The notes: generated by a model from the letters alone, not told the origin. Positions 48,608 to 62,799 are shown, counted from the first letter of the stretch. The stretch is DNA of 64,000 nucleotides from Octopus bimaculoides (GCF_001194135.2 NC_068983.1:67092173-67156172), one strand, 5' to 3'. Made by a program: numbers and translations.

Positions 48608-49880
48608 GTAAAAAGTAAGCAACAATTTGAACCATGAAGAATTTGTACTGGATTTTTGCAGTTTTTAATTTTTTAAACATTTTTTTGCAACTGTCTGATA
48701 ATACAGACATAGACTTGCCCAAATGCATCAATAAATTAACATTGATATTTTTTCACCATTGTTACAATCATCTGAAATGGAACTGTTAATGCGTGATATT
48801 TGAGCAATTTTGCTATTCAACTTCACAAAAGGATGTAAACCATTGAAACTTCTCACGATATCAATGAAACATTTGGTAAGAAAATGACCAGTTAGTGGTC
48901 AGCTCGGAAATGATTTAAATGATTTTGCAGTGGGGACCTGAGCCTTGAAGATCATGAGCATAGTGGACAGCCATCTGTCATTGATGACAGTCAATTAAAG
49001 ACCATCATTGAGAAAGATCTACATAAAACCACTCAAAAACTGGCAAAAGAACTTCAAGTTAGCCAGAAAACTGTCTGCAACCATTTGCATGCAATCAGAA
49101 AATCAAAAAAAGCTCAACAAATGGGTACCACACAATTTGAATGAAAATCAGAAAATGCGCAGATATGAAATTTGCTCATCGCTTCTTCTCCAAACCAGAC
49201 CAATCCATTTCTCAATCGTATTGTAACTTGCAATGAAAAGCGGATTCTGTACAATAATAAAAAGAAAAGTTCTTCGCAGTGGTTGGACCAAAATGAAGGA
49301 CCGCAAACCTTTCTTAAACCCGACTTCTTCAAAAAGAAAGTTATGATGACTGTTTGATTGTGTACTGCTGGACTCATCCACTATAAGTTTTTGAAATCCA
49401 GAAAAACCATTACTGCAGAAACATATTGCCATAAAATTGCCAAACTGGACGAAAAACTGCAACTTGTCCATCCCAGACTGGTCAACAGAAGAGCGCCAGT
49501 CATTCTTCATCACAATGCTCAACACATGTTTCACTAATGATGCCCCAGAAGTGGAGGGAACTTGGCTACGATGTTCTTCCCCACCCAGCTTATTCCCCAG
49601 ACCTTTCTCCTACCAACTACCATTTTTTCAAGCATGTTGATAGTTTCCTGTGAGAGGAGTTCAAAAATCAAACCAATGTTGAAAGTGCATTCAAAGAGTT
49701 CACCAGCTCCAGAACTCCAGACTTTTATGTTACTGGAATAAACAAACTTGTAACTTATTGGCAAAAATGTGCTGATTGTAATGGTACTTACTTTGATGAA
49801 TAAAATTTCCGTATTGTTGAAATATACTGTGATGAATTTCATGTTTCAAAACATTGCTTACTTTTTACTCAGCCTGATAG
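48608..49880 (+). mobile_element. Mariner (DD34D) transposon, near full length, frameshifted
   Basis: KWVPHNL, FLNRIVTCNEKRILY, KKVMMTV and PAYSPDLSPTNYHFF motifs. Left TIR remnant GTAAAAAGTAAGCAACAATTTGAACCATGA matches the right end TCATGTTTCAAAACATTGCTTACTTTTTACTCAGCCTGATAG|TA. Confidence 0.92.
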
Positions 49881-50979
49881 TAATATTGTGTGTACCTACT
49901 TTAACTACCTTGATGGATCATTAGTTATTTAGCTTTCACTCAAGTTCACTAGTAAATTTATCAAGCATAACAGTGACTGACCAATGAACTATTTTTATTA
50001 CCTGTTGTTCTATATTTGTTTTGTCACTAAGTACTTCAAGGAAAGAGACCAACAGACCTATTAACTTCCAGCCACGAAAATTGATATAAAGTTTTCTGAA
50101 AGTATTTAATTACTCTGTTTTAATGTTAGTATGAGTCCTTGTTAGGATAGAATGCCATATTTTTTCACATTACTGCTAAACATGCACAGTATCTTTGTCA
50201 TTGTAAGTCCTAAAATTGAAGTTGTTTGTCTAAAATGTTTATTTTGTGCGAATGAATCTAACTGGTGAGCCATTCTTACCATTGACTTCCACAGTTCTGT
50301 AGGGATTTAAAATAATTGGTTAAGATCTCTCACACATACACTTTTTTTCCTTATTTCCTACACATCCACAAAAATAGACCTCTTGTAGATTTTTGATATG
50401 ATAAGTTAATAGTAGTTAGATAGCATATGATTTGTGAATACAGGTTGAAAAATACATCATAATACAGTGAAAAATGATTTTTTAATACAATTTTAGTAAA
50501 AGTTAGGTGTGCGTATTTGCTTATTATACTAAGTAAGTTGAATAATTGTATTGTTGAAAAGTGCAATTAAAATTGGCCTTGCAGAAAGAGAGAAATGTCT
50601 TCACTTAAGTCTAGCTGAATGAGATTAATTCAATGCTGTAGAAAATAATATTAAATGAATGCCTTTGAGTTAACATTTCCTTTTGAGTAATGCACATGTG
50701 GTAAGAGATCATGGTACTAAAGTATAAGAAAAAGAATTTGACATGTGTTATTGAATTGTTTGAAATAGACATTACGAAGATTTCTCAACTTATTACTTGA
50801 TTCAAAACAGCTAAAAGAGCAGTAGTTCTGTTATGTCAAATGAAAACCAAACAGAAAGCTAACCACTAGCTAAGAGTGAGGTAGCACAAAATAGAAAATT
50901 TTGTCCATGACTGCTGAGTGAAAAATCAGAAAGGAAGAGCAAGACAAAACAGTTTGACTGTTATTTAAATAGTTTAAAG

Positions 50980-51600
50980 CAAAGGTTCTCAACCCATTTT
51001 GGCCAAAGGACCCCTTTTGACCCTTGGAGTTACAAATGGCTGCTCTAGAAAATATTATTAGTTTTCAATATACTACTTCTTTTGATATCAGCTGATAATG
51101 GCTAAAACATAAAGGACATCATTTTACATATGCGCTTGTATGCGGTTTCGAATACAGATGTACAAATTGAAAGGCAAAAAAATGAAATAATGAGTTGAAA
51201 GTTTTGTAATTGCATTTATTTCCACCATGTGACACTTATGAGATCAACATGTTGTCTACCGAAAGAGTGTTCTTCAGTACAAGTAAATGCCGATGAAATA
51301 ATTTCAAACCTTTCTGATCTCCCTTTTCAAAACAGCTAGAACTTGTGCAACAATCTGACTATAAACTGTTGTCACCCGGGAAGAGGATTTTTTATGCTCA
51401 AGAAAGAGAGTGTATTTGATAGAAATTGTTGAAATACATATGTACTTCATATGCGTAGCAAACTGTGGAGGATGGTATTCACTGTACTTGGATCTAGTTA
51501 GTTTAACATGAAAAATCTAAACATTTGTCATATCAAAGATTCATTTCTTATTCAGGATCTATTTTTTTACATTCACAAAATCTGCATTTCTTAAAAGGAA
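50980..51600. mobile_element. Possible hAT/Charlie-type non-autonomous remnant
   Basis: Starts CAAAGGTTCTCAACCC, similar to the CAG.GGTTCTCAA terminus. No matching right end was found and the extent is a guess. Confidence 0.25.
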
Positions 51601-52363
51601 GTAAAAAACCTGACAATTCGTTATCTTGATGCAGTTTTCCATGCTTATTCCTATGAAGCCATGAACTTCTGGAGAAAAAATTTGACACACACAAAATCTT
51701 TTTCTTTAATTCATTGTTTTAAAATACAGACAGTCCGAATCTACCATTTGTTTCTCTTTATATGTTTGTTTTGTCTTTTTTAAAAAAAGAATCTAATCAA
51801 AGAACTTTAAGGGTTTTAAGGTTATAAGCTTTTGGTTGTGTGAGGGGCTTGAAGTAGCATGCCTAGAAGGGTAGTTTCAGGTACACAGTTAACTGTCTCA
51901 GATGAGTCAAGGGTGAAGCATATCTAATGTTCTCTGTTGAGTTAAGATACAAAAGGATAAGGAATCTTGTGAGATAAAAGATGTGAGATGTGTTCCTTTG
52001 ATTAAACAGGGGTCAGAAAGGCTAAAGAAATAACCATGACTGGCTAAAAACTAAGTTTGAATGTGAGAAAGTGGTGAGTGATATTTAGGATGTTGCTGTT
52101 TCTCTCATAAATATGAGTAGATCTAGGTACTAATTGATGCAAACCGTGGAATGCAAACTGTTTGGCCTGTGCATCAGTAACATTTGCATAGGTGCAGTGT
52201 GAGAGCATAGAAGAGCTGTGACAATGGTGTTACTAAGAATGATGACACAGTTTATATTCAAATTTCTGTTGGCTGAAATGGAAAAAAATCAGTAAAGAAA
52301 GAGTTACCAATTTTTACATATGAAAGTATGAAAGAAAGGAAGATATATATATATATATATATA

Positions 52364-52528
52364 NNNNNNNNNNNNNNNNNNNNNNNNNNNNNNNNNNNNN
52401 NNNNNNNNNNNNNNNNNNNNNNNNNNNNNNNNNNNNNNNNNNNNNNNNNNNNNNNNNNNNNNNNNNNNNNNNNNNNNNNNNNNNNNNNNNNNNNNNNNNN
52501 NNNNNNNNNNNNNNNNNNNNNNNNNNNN
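52364..52528. other. Assembly gap
   Basis: Run of N. Confidence 1.
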
Positions 52529-53081
52529 TGCTAACTCTGGTATGTGAACTAAGTGGTGTCAATGAGAAACAGATTCAAACTCTCAGTCGATTTGAGTTTC
52601 TTATATCATCTTTGCTTTACCTTTAACAAGAAAATATCTGGTCTTTTAAGCAAATCTTACACTATCATAGTCAACAGCCCAAGTAAAATCCAGTTTTCTA
52701 AAACAGTTACAAAATTGTTACAAAGAAAATGTTCCACTTTTTGATCCAATCTGTATAAACTAAATATACTATTGTGAATATTCTAAACATATCTCACATT
52801 TAGTTATGTATTTATTTATTTATTTTTAGTTTAAACAAAATGGACTAACTTTTCACAAAATGCATCCAAGACGAAAAGTAGATATGCTATATTTAAGAAT
52901 CTGACTAAAAATTTTACATAAAATATTTCCATTTCTTACAACAAATATTTTTAACAGAGGAATCAATATAATTGTAATAAAACCAATATTCACTTTTTTC
53001 CCTCTCATTCTTTAATAGATGTTCCCAAGAAGAGTTTATTCCAAATATCTACTGCAAATAATAATCCTGTCTTTCTGTCTT

Positions 53082-53137
<56 letters not shown>

Positions 53138-53418
53138 CCCTCTGTCTATAGACATTTCTGTCAATATGGTTGTTTTATAATATGTAATCTCACTCTTCTT
53201 CTTCTACATCTCCTTTTACCTCAACCAATGATTTCTGCAATCCAGTCATTCCTGTTTTTATTTTCATCTGGTCTTTTATATTCTCATTACACATTCAACA
53301 TTCTGATTAAATGGTGGTACAGACAAATATGTTTAGGTAAAAGTGAGATTAAAATGTGAGAAACAGGTTAGTGATTTGTGGGACATTACAATTTCTATCA
53401 GAGATATAGGTAGATGTA

Positions 53419-54283
53419 TGAGGGGATCCCCAAAAGTAACCAGAAACATTTTCTGTGGGACAAGCCCGTTGTAGTTCAGACTTCTACTACTAGAAGTCTC
53501 TTGATGTGATGCTTAGGCATCAGTTGTCAAGCATAGTCCTACTGTCACATGATGTGTCTTTGCTGTTCATTGGATTTTACGGTGGCTGAATAGCGTGCTT
53601 CCATGAAATTCTGTTTTGTGCTGGGGGTAAACAGTGGCTGAAACAGTTGTCATGCTTCAAACAGCTTTCAAGGCAACTGCCATGAGCAAAACATAAGTTT
53701 ATGAGTGGTTTTCACGCTTTAAGAATGGTTATTTGTTGCTTGAAGACCAACCTTGTTCAGGACATCCATCAACCTCCCGAATGAATGAAAACATCATGAA
53801 AATTCATGAACTGATCTTGGAAGGCCATCACCAAACCATTGACGAACTTGTTGGTATGATTGGTGTATTCTAGAGCTCCAGCCAACGAATTTTGAGCAAG
53901 GAATTGCGAATGAAAAAAGTTGCAGCAAAATTTGTGCCTCACTTGCTCATAGTAGATCAAAAGCAATCAGGACTGAATGTGTGTCATGAATTGATAGGAC
54001 ATTTTGGAAATTGATCCAGACCTTTTTTCAAAGGTCATCACTGGTGACAAAAGCTGGTGCAATGGAATTTGCAGATGTGGAAGAAGTGAAGAAAAAAACG
54101 ATAGAGGCTTTAAAAGGCATCACTTTGCAAGAGTTCCAGAACTGCTTCAAACAATGGAAAATGTGTCTAGACCAACGCATTTCTTCAAAAGGAGAATACT
54201 TTGAAGGCAATGAAAGTGTAAATGTAAAACTGAGTGAATAAAATAATACTGCAATATTCTGGTTTCTTTTGGGTACCCCCTCA
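53419..54283 (+). mobile_element. Mariner deletion derivative with both TIRs and TA duplication
   Basis: TA|TGAGGGGATCCCCAAAAGTAACCAGAA ... TTCTGGTTTCTTTTGGGTACCCCCTCA|TA. Coding: VYEWFSRFKNG, KVAAKFVPHLL, FSKVITGDKSWC joined directly to FADVEEVKK..KGEYFEG. Confidence 0.9.
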
Positions 54284-54989
54284 TAGATATTAACTGATGC
54301 TGTCAGTCAAAATGGCAAAGATTGGCTTCTGCATCAATAACACTGATGTAGGATGAGTGCAAGAGCCAAGATGTGTACATTGAAATCACTGAGGATAATG
54401 ACATGGTTTTATTAACTGCTTTTACTAAATATATTTTACTGTCATAGTAACTAGGGAGGCTCTTCCTAGTTGTTTAAGTAACTAGAAATAGCAACCAAAA
54501 GTCTCTCAAATCACTCCTGCTATCTTCAAAATAGGACACACTGGATAATGAAATAATAAGCTATGTTTGAAAAAACGTTCTTATTATTAATGGCTGCAAT
54601 AATTTTGACCTTAAGTGTACTTGATCAGAGTTGATCTGGGGTTAAAAATACATATTCTATTGCTTTCACCTCACTTCAATGTTATAAAGCCTGGTTTACA
54701 AACCTCATTGATTTATAGTCATGATTTTAGAAGGAATTTTTTCTCCTATTTTCTCTCTCTTTTTTTTTTTTTTGTAATTCTGTGTCTATTTGTTCTTATA
54801 ATTTTAATACCTATTTTATTGATTCTGGTCTCAATTAAGTTACTTTCTGTAGGATTCAAGCAGCAATAGATAGAAATTGCCTGAAGTAATTGGGTAGAGA
54901 ATTAAAGGAACAGTGAACAGAAATGCAACACAAGATCCGTAATGGAACTGAAATGACACAGACAGAGAAAGGCACTTGAAATTGTAAGG

Positions 54990-55350
54990 CATAAGTAGAT
55001 GGTTTATTTTATTGTACATGGAACGTCAATATATGACTGGAAGAGTAAAATATCCAATGAGATGAAAGCAGTTTTTGCTACATTTCTTCTAAAAGGGTAA
55101 AAAGACAAAAAGTGATAGGATTTTTTTAACCTAAAGGATTAAGCTATAAAAATACAGTAGATATCAGCCTGCAAGGATAACTGATTTGAAGAGTTAGAAA
55201 GGAAAATGGTAACTTGTTTATAAGTGGAAATGTGCAAATCAGATGGAAGCAGAAGAGAAGAACTAATAAAACCACCAGAAATAGAGATAAAAATACATGA
55301 ATATTGCTTTAAAAAATAGAAGAGGCAAAGAACTTAGAAATCAGCAGTGA
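54990..55350 (+). mobile_element. Possible LINE APE-endonuclease N-terminal remnant
   Basis: CTWNVN motif followed by purine-rich decayed coding-like sequence. The rest does not align by eye. Confidence 0.3.
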
Positions 55351-55619
55351 TTCAATAAACTGTAAAATAAGTCTGCACCCTGACTGTTGGTTTCTGAGAA
55401 CAATAAGAAGTGAAGTTTACTACTATGTAATAGCACTTCTGATCAGTAGCAGAATGCTGCCTAATTTTGGTTGTTTTACAATACTTTAGAATTTTTCACT
55501 CCCAATTCTCCTCTCACAATTTACTCACCTCTTTCTCTGTCCTATTTCCCCCTTCATTTTTGTTACTCATCATTTGTCTTTTCATTTCTCTCCATTAGTT
55601 CTAAATAATTTGGTCAGAT

Positions 55620-55689
55620 AGAAATTACAATATCTATCTACTTGTCTGTCTATCTATCTTTCTAGCTTTCTAGGTATCTATTTATCTAT

Positions 55690-55747
<58 letters not shown>

Positions 55748-55780
55748 ATTTTTCTACCTATCTATCTATCTATCTATCAT
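55620..55780. repeat. (TATC)n microsatellite
   Basis: Direct reading. Confidence 0.9.
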
Positions 55781-56002
55781 CATAATCATCTTCATTGACT
55801 TATAATTGTGGTCATGTGTTTTGTGTATGAAATAAGCAAAATATTTACATTGATATAAGTGTTAGATTAGACAAATAAAGAAAGATATAGCACTAGTCTG
55901 TTTTGGTAGTGAAATTTCCATTTGCAATTGTTATTGTTCACCTTAAAAAATGTGGGTATACTTTTTTATTCCCAATATACTTTCTCTTGTTTACATTATC
56001 TT

Positions 56003-56768
56003 NNNNNNNNNNNNNNNNNNNNNNNNNNNNNNNNNNNNNNNNNNNNNNNNNNNNNNNNNNNNNNNNNNNNNNNNNNNNNNNNNNNNNNNNNNNNNNNNNN
56101 NNNNNNNNNNNNNNNNNNNNNNNNNNNNNNNNNNNNNNNNNNNNNNNNNNNNNNNNNNNNNNNNNNNNNNNNNNNNNNNNNNNNNNNNNNNNNNNNNNNN
56201 NNNNNNNNNNNNNNNNNNNNNNNNNNNNNNNNNNNNNNNNNNNNNNNNNNNNNNNNNNNNNNNNNNNNNNNNNNNNNNNNNNNNNNNNNNNNNNNNNNNN
56301 NNNNNNNNNNNNNNNNNNNNNNNNNNNNNNNNNNNNNNNNNNNNNNNNNNNNNNNNNNNNNNNNNNNNNNNNNNNNNNNNNNNNNNNNNNNNNNNNNNNN
56401 NNNNNNNNNNNNNNNNNNNNNNNNNNNNNNNNNNNNNNNNNNNNNNNNNNNNNNNNNNNNNNNNNNNNNNNNNNNNNNNNNNNNNNNNNNNNNNNNNNNN
56501 NNNNNNNNNNNNNNNNNNNNNNNNNNNNNNNNNNNNNNNNNNNNNNNNNNNNNNNNNNNNNNNNNNNNNNNNNNNNNNNNNNNNNNNNNNNNNNNNNNNN
56601 NNNNNNNNNNNNNNNNNNNNNNNNNNNNNNNNNNNNNNNNNNNNNNNNNNNNNNNNNNNNNNNNNNNNNNNNNNNNNNNNNNNNNNNNNNNNNNNNNNNN
56701 NNNNNNNNNNNNNNNNNNNNNNNNNNNNNNNNNNNNNNNNNNNNNNNNNNNNNNNNNNNNNNNNNNNN
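56003..56768. other. Assembly gap
   Basis: Run of N. Confidence 1.
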
Positions 56769-56822
<54 letters not shown>

Positions 56823-56844
56823 GAATGCTTCTATACATATGTGC

Positions 56845-56880
<36 letters not shown>

Positions 56881-56924
56881 ATGTATTTATATATCCACAT
56901 AAAAAGCATCCAGTACACTCTATA

Positions 56925-57055
56925 AAGTGATTGGCATTAGGAAAGTCATCTAGTGAGAGAAACCATGCTGAAATAGACATTGAAGCTCGGCACTGTCAGT
57001 TCCTCTTGAACTACCCAACCCATGCTAGCATAGAAAACAGACATTAAATGATCAT
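56925..57055 (+). mobile_element. SINE family B 3' fragment, old copy
   Basis: GATTGGCATTAGGAAAGTCATCTAG and CCAACCCATGCTAGCATAGAAAACAGACATTAAATGAT. Confidence 0.65.
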
Positions 57056-57074
57056 AATGCATTTTTTTACAGGT

Positions 57075-57280
57075 ATATACACATACATGCATATATGTAT
57101 ATATGTATTACATACATGTATTTGTGTGTGTGTGTATATATGTATATATATATATGAATAAGTGTATATATGTATATGTGTATCTATGTATATACATATA
57201 TGTGTGTATACATATGTTTGTATGTATATATTTGTATATATATATATGTATGTGTGTATATGTATATATATGTGTGTGTT

Positions 57281-57345
<65 letters not shown>

Positions 57346-57360
57346 TTATGTGTGTATATA
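57075..57360. repeat. Compound (TA)/(TG) low-complexity tract
   Basis: Direct reading. Similar tracts occur at 59600-60080 and 60890-61030. Confidence 0.9.
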
Positions 57361-58161
57361 CAAAATCTTCTCATTCACTTATCTCAATACTACAATTTTA
57401 CTATTTCAAAAATATTGTATTAGATATTCTGTTTCAGTTAATTTTCTTTGTACATTATTCCTTTTCAATTTTTTTCTCCTCACTTTAATTGTATTCCCCT
57501 CCAATTGCAGTTCTTTAGCGTGTTATATTGATGTTAATTAACAGATGCATATCACACTTAGTAATCTGAATAGTCCCACATACCCCTCCCTACAGTACAA
57601 ACAATGATCTACAGAAGTGAATAAATCATATGAGGGAGAGGGGGTGGGATAATAGCAAAGAAGTAAAGCCACTATAGAATAGGAAGCTAGATTTTGGATG
57701 CTAGTATTTTGATGTAGGGTGTCGAATAGATTTAATCTCAGTAAATACTGTCATACATAACCAAATAAATATACATACATAAATTTCTTCGTACACATAT
57801 ACAGAACATAAATCAATCAGTATTTAAACATACTCTAGTATTCAACTAGAATTCTTCTTTTTTCTTTACTTCTGGCAGAGAATTCAACTAGGTATGATTT
57901 TTCTATAGGGCTACTACTGCTATCTATCCCATCAATAGATTTGTATTTAAAATGATACTACCCCAACCATCATATAATAAATTAAGGAGAAATGTTAAAT
58001 GCTCCTTATACAAATACATACTTATACACTTGAAAAAATACCTCACAACAGGTTTTATATAAAGATAAAAAAAACACATTTTTATACATGGGAACTCTAT
58101 TTTTCTATCAACTGGATACTGTGTGTTATTACAAAAACACACAGGATGGATGTTTTACTAG

Positions 58162-58250
58162 GATGTGTGACTTCAGAGGATGGAAACTCTCTACACAACA
58201 CAGACAGTCAAAGGCTATGTCACATTTTACAGTGTGACTGTATATCTAAG
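58162..58250 (+). other. Candidate exon, CVTSEDGNSLHNTDSQRLCHILQCDCISK
   Basis: Consensus donor AAG|gtaaga at 58251. The acceptor is ambiguous (exon start 58145, 58162 or 58233). Confidence 0.25.
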
Positions 58251-58499
58251 GTAAGAAAAACAAATTATTGTACATTTGAGATGTACATAATGGAGGGTCC
58301 ATAGATGTCACTTCAACCATACATATCAGCATAAACATGCATTGGTTGAAAAAAATGTTTATGTATATATATACATAACTGGTGATATCTGTATGTATTC
58401 AGGTGTATTTGTATGTGAGCATGTGGGACATATATATGTATAGATAGGTAGCTAGCTAGCTAGATAGATAGATAGACAGATAGACAGAAAGGTAGATAG

Positions 58500-58551
<52 letters not shown>

Positions 58552-58742
58552 TGGGACAGACAGGCAGAGAGGTGGGTGTGTTCTTGTATATAGTACTCAG
58601 GTGTCCTATATATGTATACATTTAAATACTATCTAATTATGAGTAATATATACATGTGTGTGTTTGTATGTGTATGTGATGTATGTCTATATATCTATGT
58701 ATATGTATTTATGCATATATTACTCTTTCTCTTTCGTTTAAT

Positions 58743-59125
58743 CTTTTACTTGTTTCAGTCATTTGACTGTGGCCATGCTGGAGCACCACCTTTATAGTCG
58801 AGCAAATCGACCCCAGAGCTTATTCTTTGTAAGCGTAGTACTTATTCTATCGGTCTCTTTTGCCGAACCGCTAAGTTACAGGACGTAAACACACCAGCAT
58901 CGGTTGTCAAGTGATGCTGGGGAGACAAACAGACACACAAACACACACATACATATATATACATATACGACAGGCTTCTTCCAGTTTCCGTCTACCAAAT
59001 CCACTCACAAGGCTTTGGTTGGCCCGAGGCTATAGTAGAAGACACTTGCCCAAGGTGCCACACAGTGGGACTGAACCTGGGACCATGAGGTTGGTAAGCA
59101 AGCTACTTACCACACAGCCACTCCT
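58743..59125 (-). mobile_element. SINE family A, full length
   Basis: Reverse complement of the 1990-2378 pattern. Confidence 0.9.
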
Positions 59126-59269
59126 GTGCTATATTGTTTACTTTATACATACATATTTTACTTTTTATACATATATCCTTTACTTTATGCATATATCTTT
59201 TATACATATATACATATATCTTTTACTTTTTATACATATATTCATACATATTTTTTTTAACTTTTTACT

Positions 59270-59455
59270 TCTTTCAGTCATTGAACTACAACCACACTGG
59301 GACACTGCCTTGAAAGGTTTTAGTCAAACTAATTGACCCCAGTATTTATAATTTTTTAAGCTTGGTACTTATTCTAATAATTTCCAATGCTGAATTGTTA
59401 CATTCAGAGGATGTAAACACACAATCACTGGTTGTCAAGCAATGGTGGTAATGGG
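59270..59455 (-). mobile_element. Older SINE 3' fragment related to family A
   Basis: TTTCAGTCATTG..TTGACCCC..GGTACTTATTC..GATGTAAACAC..GGTTGTCAAGC. Confidence 0.55.
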
Positions 59456-59687
59456 CTAAATACAGGGATACTCACACAACCGTGCCTCCACCTATGATAT
59501 AATATACATCTTTTTTTATCCCTAACTGGTGACTGGAAAGGGAGGCTGTACTCTCAACCAATATGTTGCTGTGCTTGCATATACATAACATATAATTATG
59601 TGTGTATGTATATATACGATAAATGTATTTAATAAATATAAATATGAACGTAATAAATGCACACACACACAAGTATATGTATATATG

Positions 59688-59735
<48 letters not shown>

Positions 59736-60019
59736 TATATTTATTATATTTATTATATATAAACATATTTATATAAAACTCATATTTAGTAATATTATGT
59801 ATGCATGTATCTATGTTTGTCTTTATATACATACATGTATATGTATACATGTTTATATACATACATATACATATATACAGACATGCATACACACACATAT
59901 ATACACACATATATATACATACGCATATACACATACGGCTTTATATGTATTCAAATATATATATTTGTATGTGTTTATATATGCATAGATTTATGCTTGT
60001 GTATAAATGACATATCAGT

Positions 60020-60078
<59 letters not shown>

Positions 60079-60406
60079 TCATCATTATCATCATCATCGT
60101 TTGACATCCACCTTCCATGCTGACATGGGTGGGACATACACACACACGCATACACGCACACGCACACACATACACACAATATAGAAATAAACATGTGCGT
60201 ATATGAACACTGATCCTTATCAACTAGGTGTTTATGGATTGTGATTGTTATTCAATACTACTCCTTTATCACTGATTCTACTTGAGGCTTGCCTTAATTG
60301 TACACGTGTCTCAGGATTGCTCATTCATTTACTTACAAATTGAATTCACTTGCAATTGAAGTGATTAAACAACTAAATCATAATCATCATTGTCAAAATA
60401 TATACA

Positions 60407-60441
<35 letters not shown>

Positions 60442-60454
60442 ATGTAATTGGTAC

Positions 60455-60600
60455 AAGCATGGCTATTTAGTTAAGAAGTTTGCTTCCCAGCCACATGGCT
60501 TCTGTGCCCCTTTGTATCATCTTGGGTACGTGCCTAATACCCTCACACTGACCAAATCCTTGTTTGGATGTGGTAGACAGCAACTGAAAAAGACTTGTAT
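60455..60600 (+). mobile_element. SINE family A 5' part, degenerate
   Basis: AAGAAGTTTGCTTCCCAGCCACATGG..GACCAAATCCTTGT..GGATGTGGTAGACAGCAACTGAAA. Confidence 0.5.
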
Positions 60601-62126
60601 ATGTGTGTGTACATCACATACAAAAATATATATACACATACACACATGTTTGTGTGTATGTTTGTATCACCTTTTCTTGACATTACAAAATAATTGCAAT
60701 GTCACCATTTTATAAGCAGTTATTCATTTCCAATTTACTGTGAAAATGGGTTCAACCAGGGAAAATATTACTTTGCTTGGAAACAGAGAACTGGTAACAG
60801 GAATAATATCCAGCTGTAGAAAATTTGCATCAACATATTCAGTCTCAACCATGGTGATGATTTATATATATACACCGATGTTATATCTGTATATGTTATA
60901 CATCCTCAGTATATATGTGTGTCTGTAGAGACATATGAATGCACACATACGCACATACACTGATAAATATATATACATATACATATGTGGTATCTATGTA
61001 TCTAATACATATACATTTCAATATATGTTTCAACAAATGCGCAACTATATCCAAATTTACTCCTTTTAATTTAGATTTTCCATACTTCTTTAGTTTTTTG
61101 TTTTTTTTGCTTTCCTTTTTACAGTTGTTTTGGAACATTAGAATTCCTAAATTCATATTCAATATTTCTAGAACTTCACAGTCCTATTTTCAAGAATTGA
61201 ATATATTTGGAATATGCTTTGTTTCTTATATACTGGTTGAATTTGTGTAGATTTTCCTGCCAATGATTTTTTGACCATCAGCTTCATGCATTAGTAGTCA
61301 CATGTTGATTTGTTTGTTGTAGTAAAATTTTTAGTTTTTTTTTTTCTCTTTTCTTTTTATATGTTGATAATAATGTGTTAATTTTTTTATGCATATGTTG
61401 GCATGTTAATTATGGAACTATATTGTGACACAAGTAAGGTTTTCATAATTAATCTTTTGGTTTTGTGTGGAAATTTATAAATTACAACTCTCTCATGTAA
61501 GTTCAACATGCACTGCAGTATGGGCTGTTGCATATCATTATAGCATATTCCATAAAATAAAAAAGGAAAATACTAGTGAAGAATACTTACATATATCGTA
61601 AAATGCCACACAAAAACAAAAGATTAGCTATAGAAACCAAATTCCTGTTGTAGTAAATTGCCAAAATCAACATGCAAACATATGCATCAAAGCATTAACA
61701 CACAGCTACTGACATTAAAAAAATAAAAACATGTAACCTAACAGTTAAAATTTGACCACAACAAACAACTCAACATATGACTTCTCATGCATGAAGATAA
61801 CAGTCACAAAGTCTTAGGTGGCAAAGTCTACATGAATTCAACTAAACTAAACTGGAACACAACAATTTCAAATACATTAGATTCTTAAAAATAAGACTGC
61901 TTGTGTCTGGAAGCACCGAATATGAATTTGAGACATCTATTGTTCCAAACCAATTGTAAAACACTATTAAGAACTTGGAAAGGTTCTAAAATTAAAAAAG
62001 CTAAATTTTGATCATATTCAAGTTTTATCTTTTTTATATGAAAACTAAATAAATAAAATTTGAACATAGTTATAGATTTAATGAAGCATGCAAAAAAAGA
62101 AAAGCAGCTCCCCACATATAAGAACA

Positions 62127-62127
<1 letters not shown>

Positions 62128-62170
<43 letters not shown>

Positions 62171-62180
62171 TTATTATTAT
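62128..62180. repeat. (ATT)n microsatellite at the 3' end of the R4-like element
   Basis: Direct reading. Confidence 0.9.
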
Positions 62181-62799
62181 TCAGTAGTTTTATTTTAATA
62201 ACGTGCTTTCACTTTACTACCGAGCGCAGCTCTGTGTGCCTTGGGTATGTACTGTGGTTTGCTGTGATGCTCTTATGGTTACTATATTGAAAGTGTTTTG
62301 CGTAGGATGTGTGCAGTGCCTAGTAGTGCAATTTTTTGTATGTTATATATATTTGTAAGTCCTGGTGTTTTTGTTATGTATTTGTCTGAATATTTTTATA
62401 TTATATCTAAGGCACCTACTATGATAGGAATTGTTTCTGCTTTTAGATTCCACATTCGAGTTACCTCTATTTCCAGGTCTTTGTATTTTGAAAGTTTTTC
62501 CATTTCTTTTAGGGAAACGTTGTCATCTGCTGGTATTGATACATCAATTAGAAAGCATTTTTTTCCTTCATGATCTCTGACAACTATATCTGGCCTATTG
62601 GCCTTAATTTCTCTATCTGTGTATAGGCATATCCCAGAGTATGGTTGCTTTCTCGTTTTCTGTGACCTTTTCTGACGTGTGTTTATACCGTCTTTTTTCT
62701 GTTGTTATTCCATAGTGTTGGCATAGCTTCCAGTGTATATAGGTCCCAGCTCTGTCGTGTCTGTGAATATATTCCTTCTTAGCCAGGACTGGGCAGTCA
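62181..62799 (-). mobile_element. R4/Dong-like non-LTR element, 3' end with restriction-like endonuclease
   Basis: CPVLAKKEYIHRHD..YIHWKLC, ATILWDMPI/TDREIKANRPDIVV..LIDVSIPADDNV..KEMEKLSKYKDL (PD-(D/E)xK), IIVGALD, KIALLGTAHILRK; 3' UTR runs into (TAA)n. Confidence 0.88.

Noticed and set aside
51800-52260. Purine-rich, coding-like stretch (a similar one lies at 61560-62000)
   Set aside because: Probably very old TE debris. No motif could be read in any frame.
4842-56930. Long ORFs in the track at 4842-5519, 42771-43874, 46541-46957, 52314-52562 and 55903-56930
   Set aside because: They span N-gaps and are artefacts.
57103-60223. ORFs rich in YI, CV and TH repeats (also at 3.7-4.1, 10.5-11.1, 25.4, 39.4 and 42.4 kb)
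   Set aside because: They are translations of (TA)n, (TG)n and (CA)n microsatellites.
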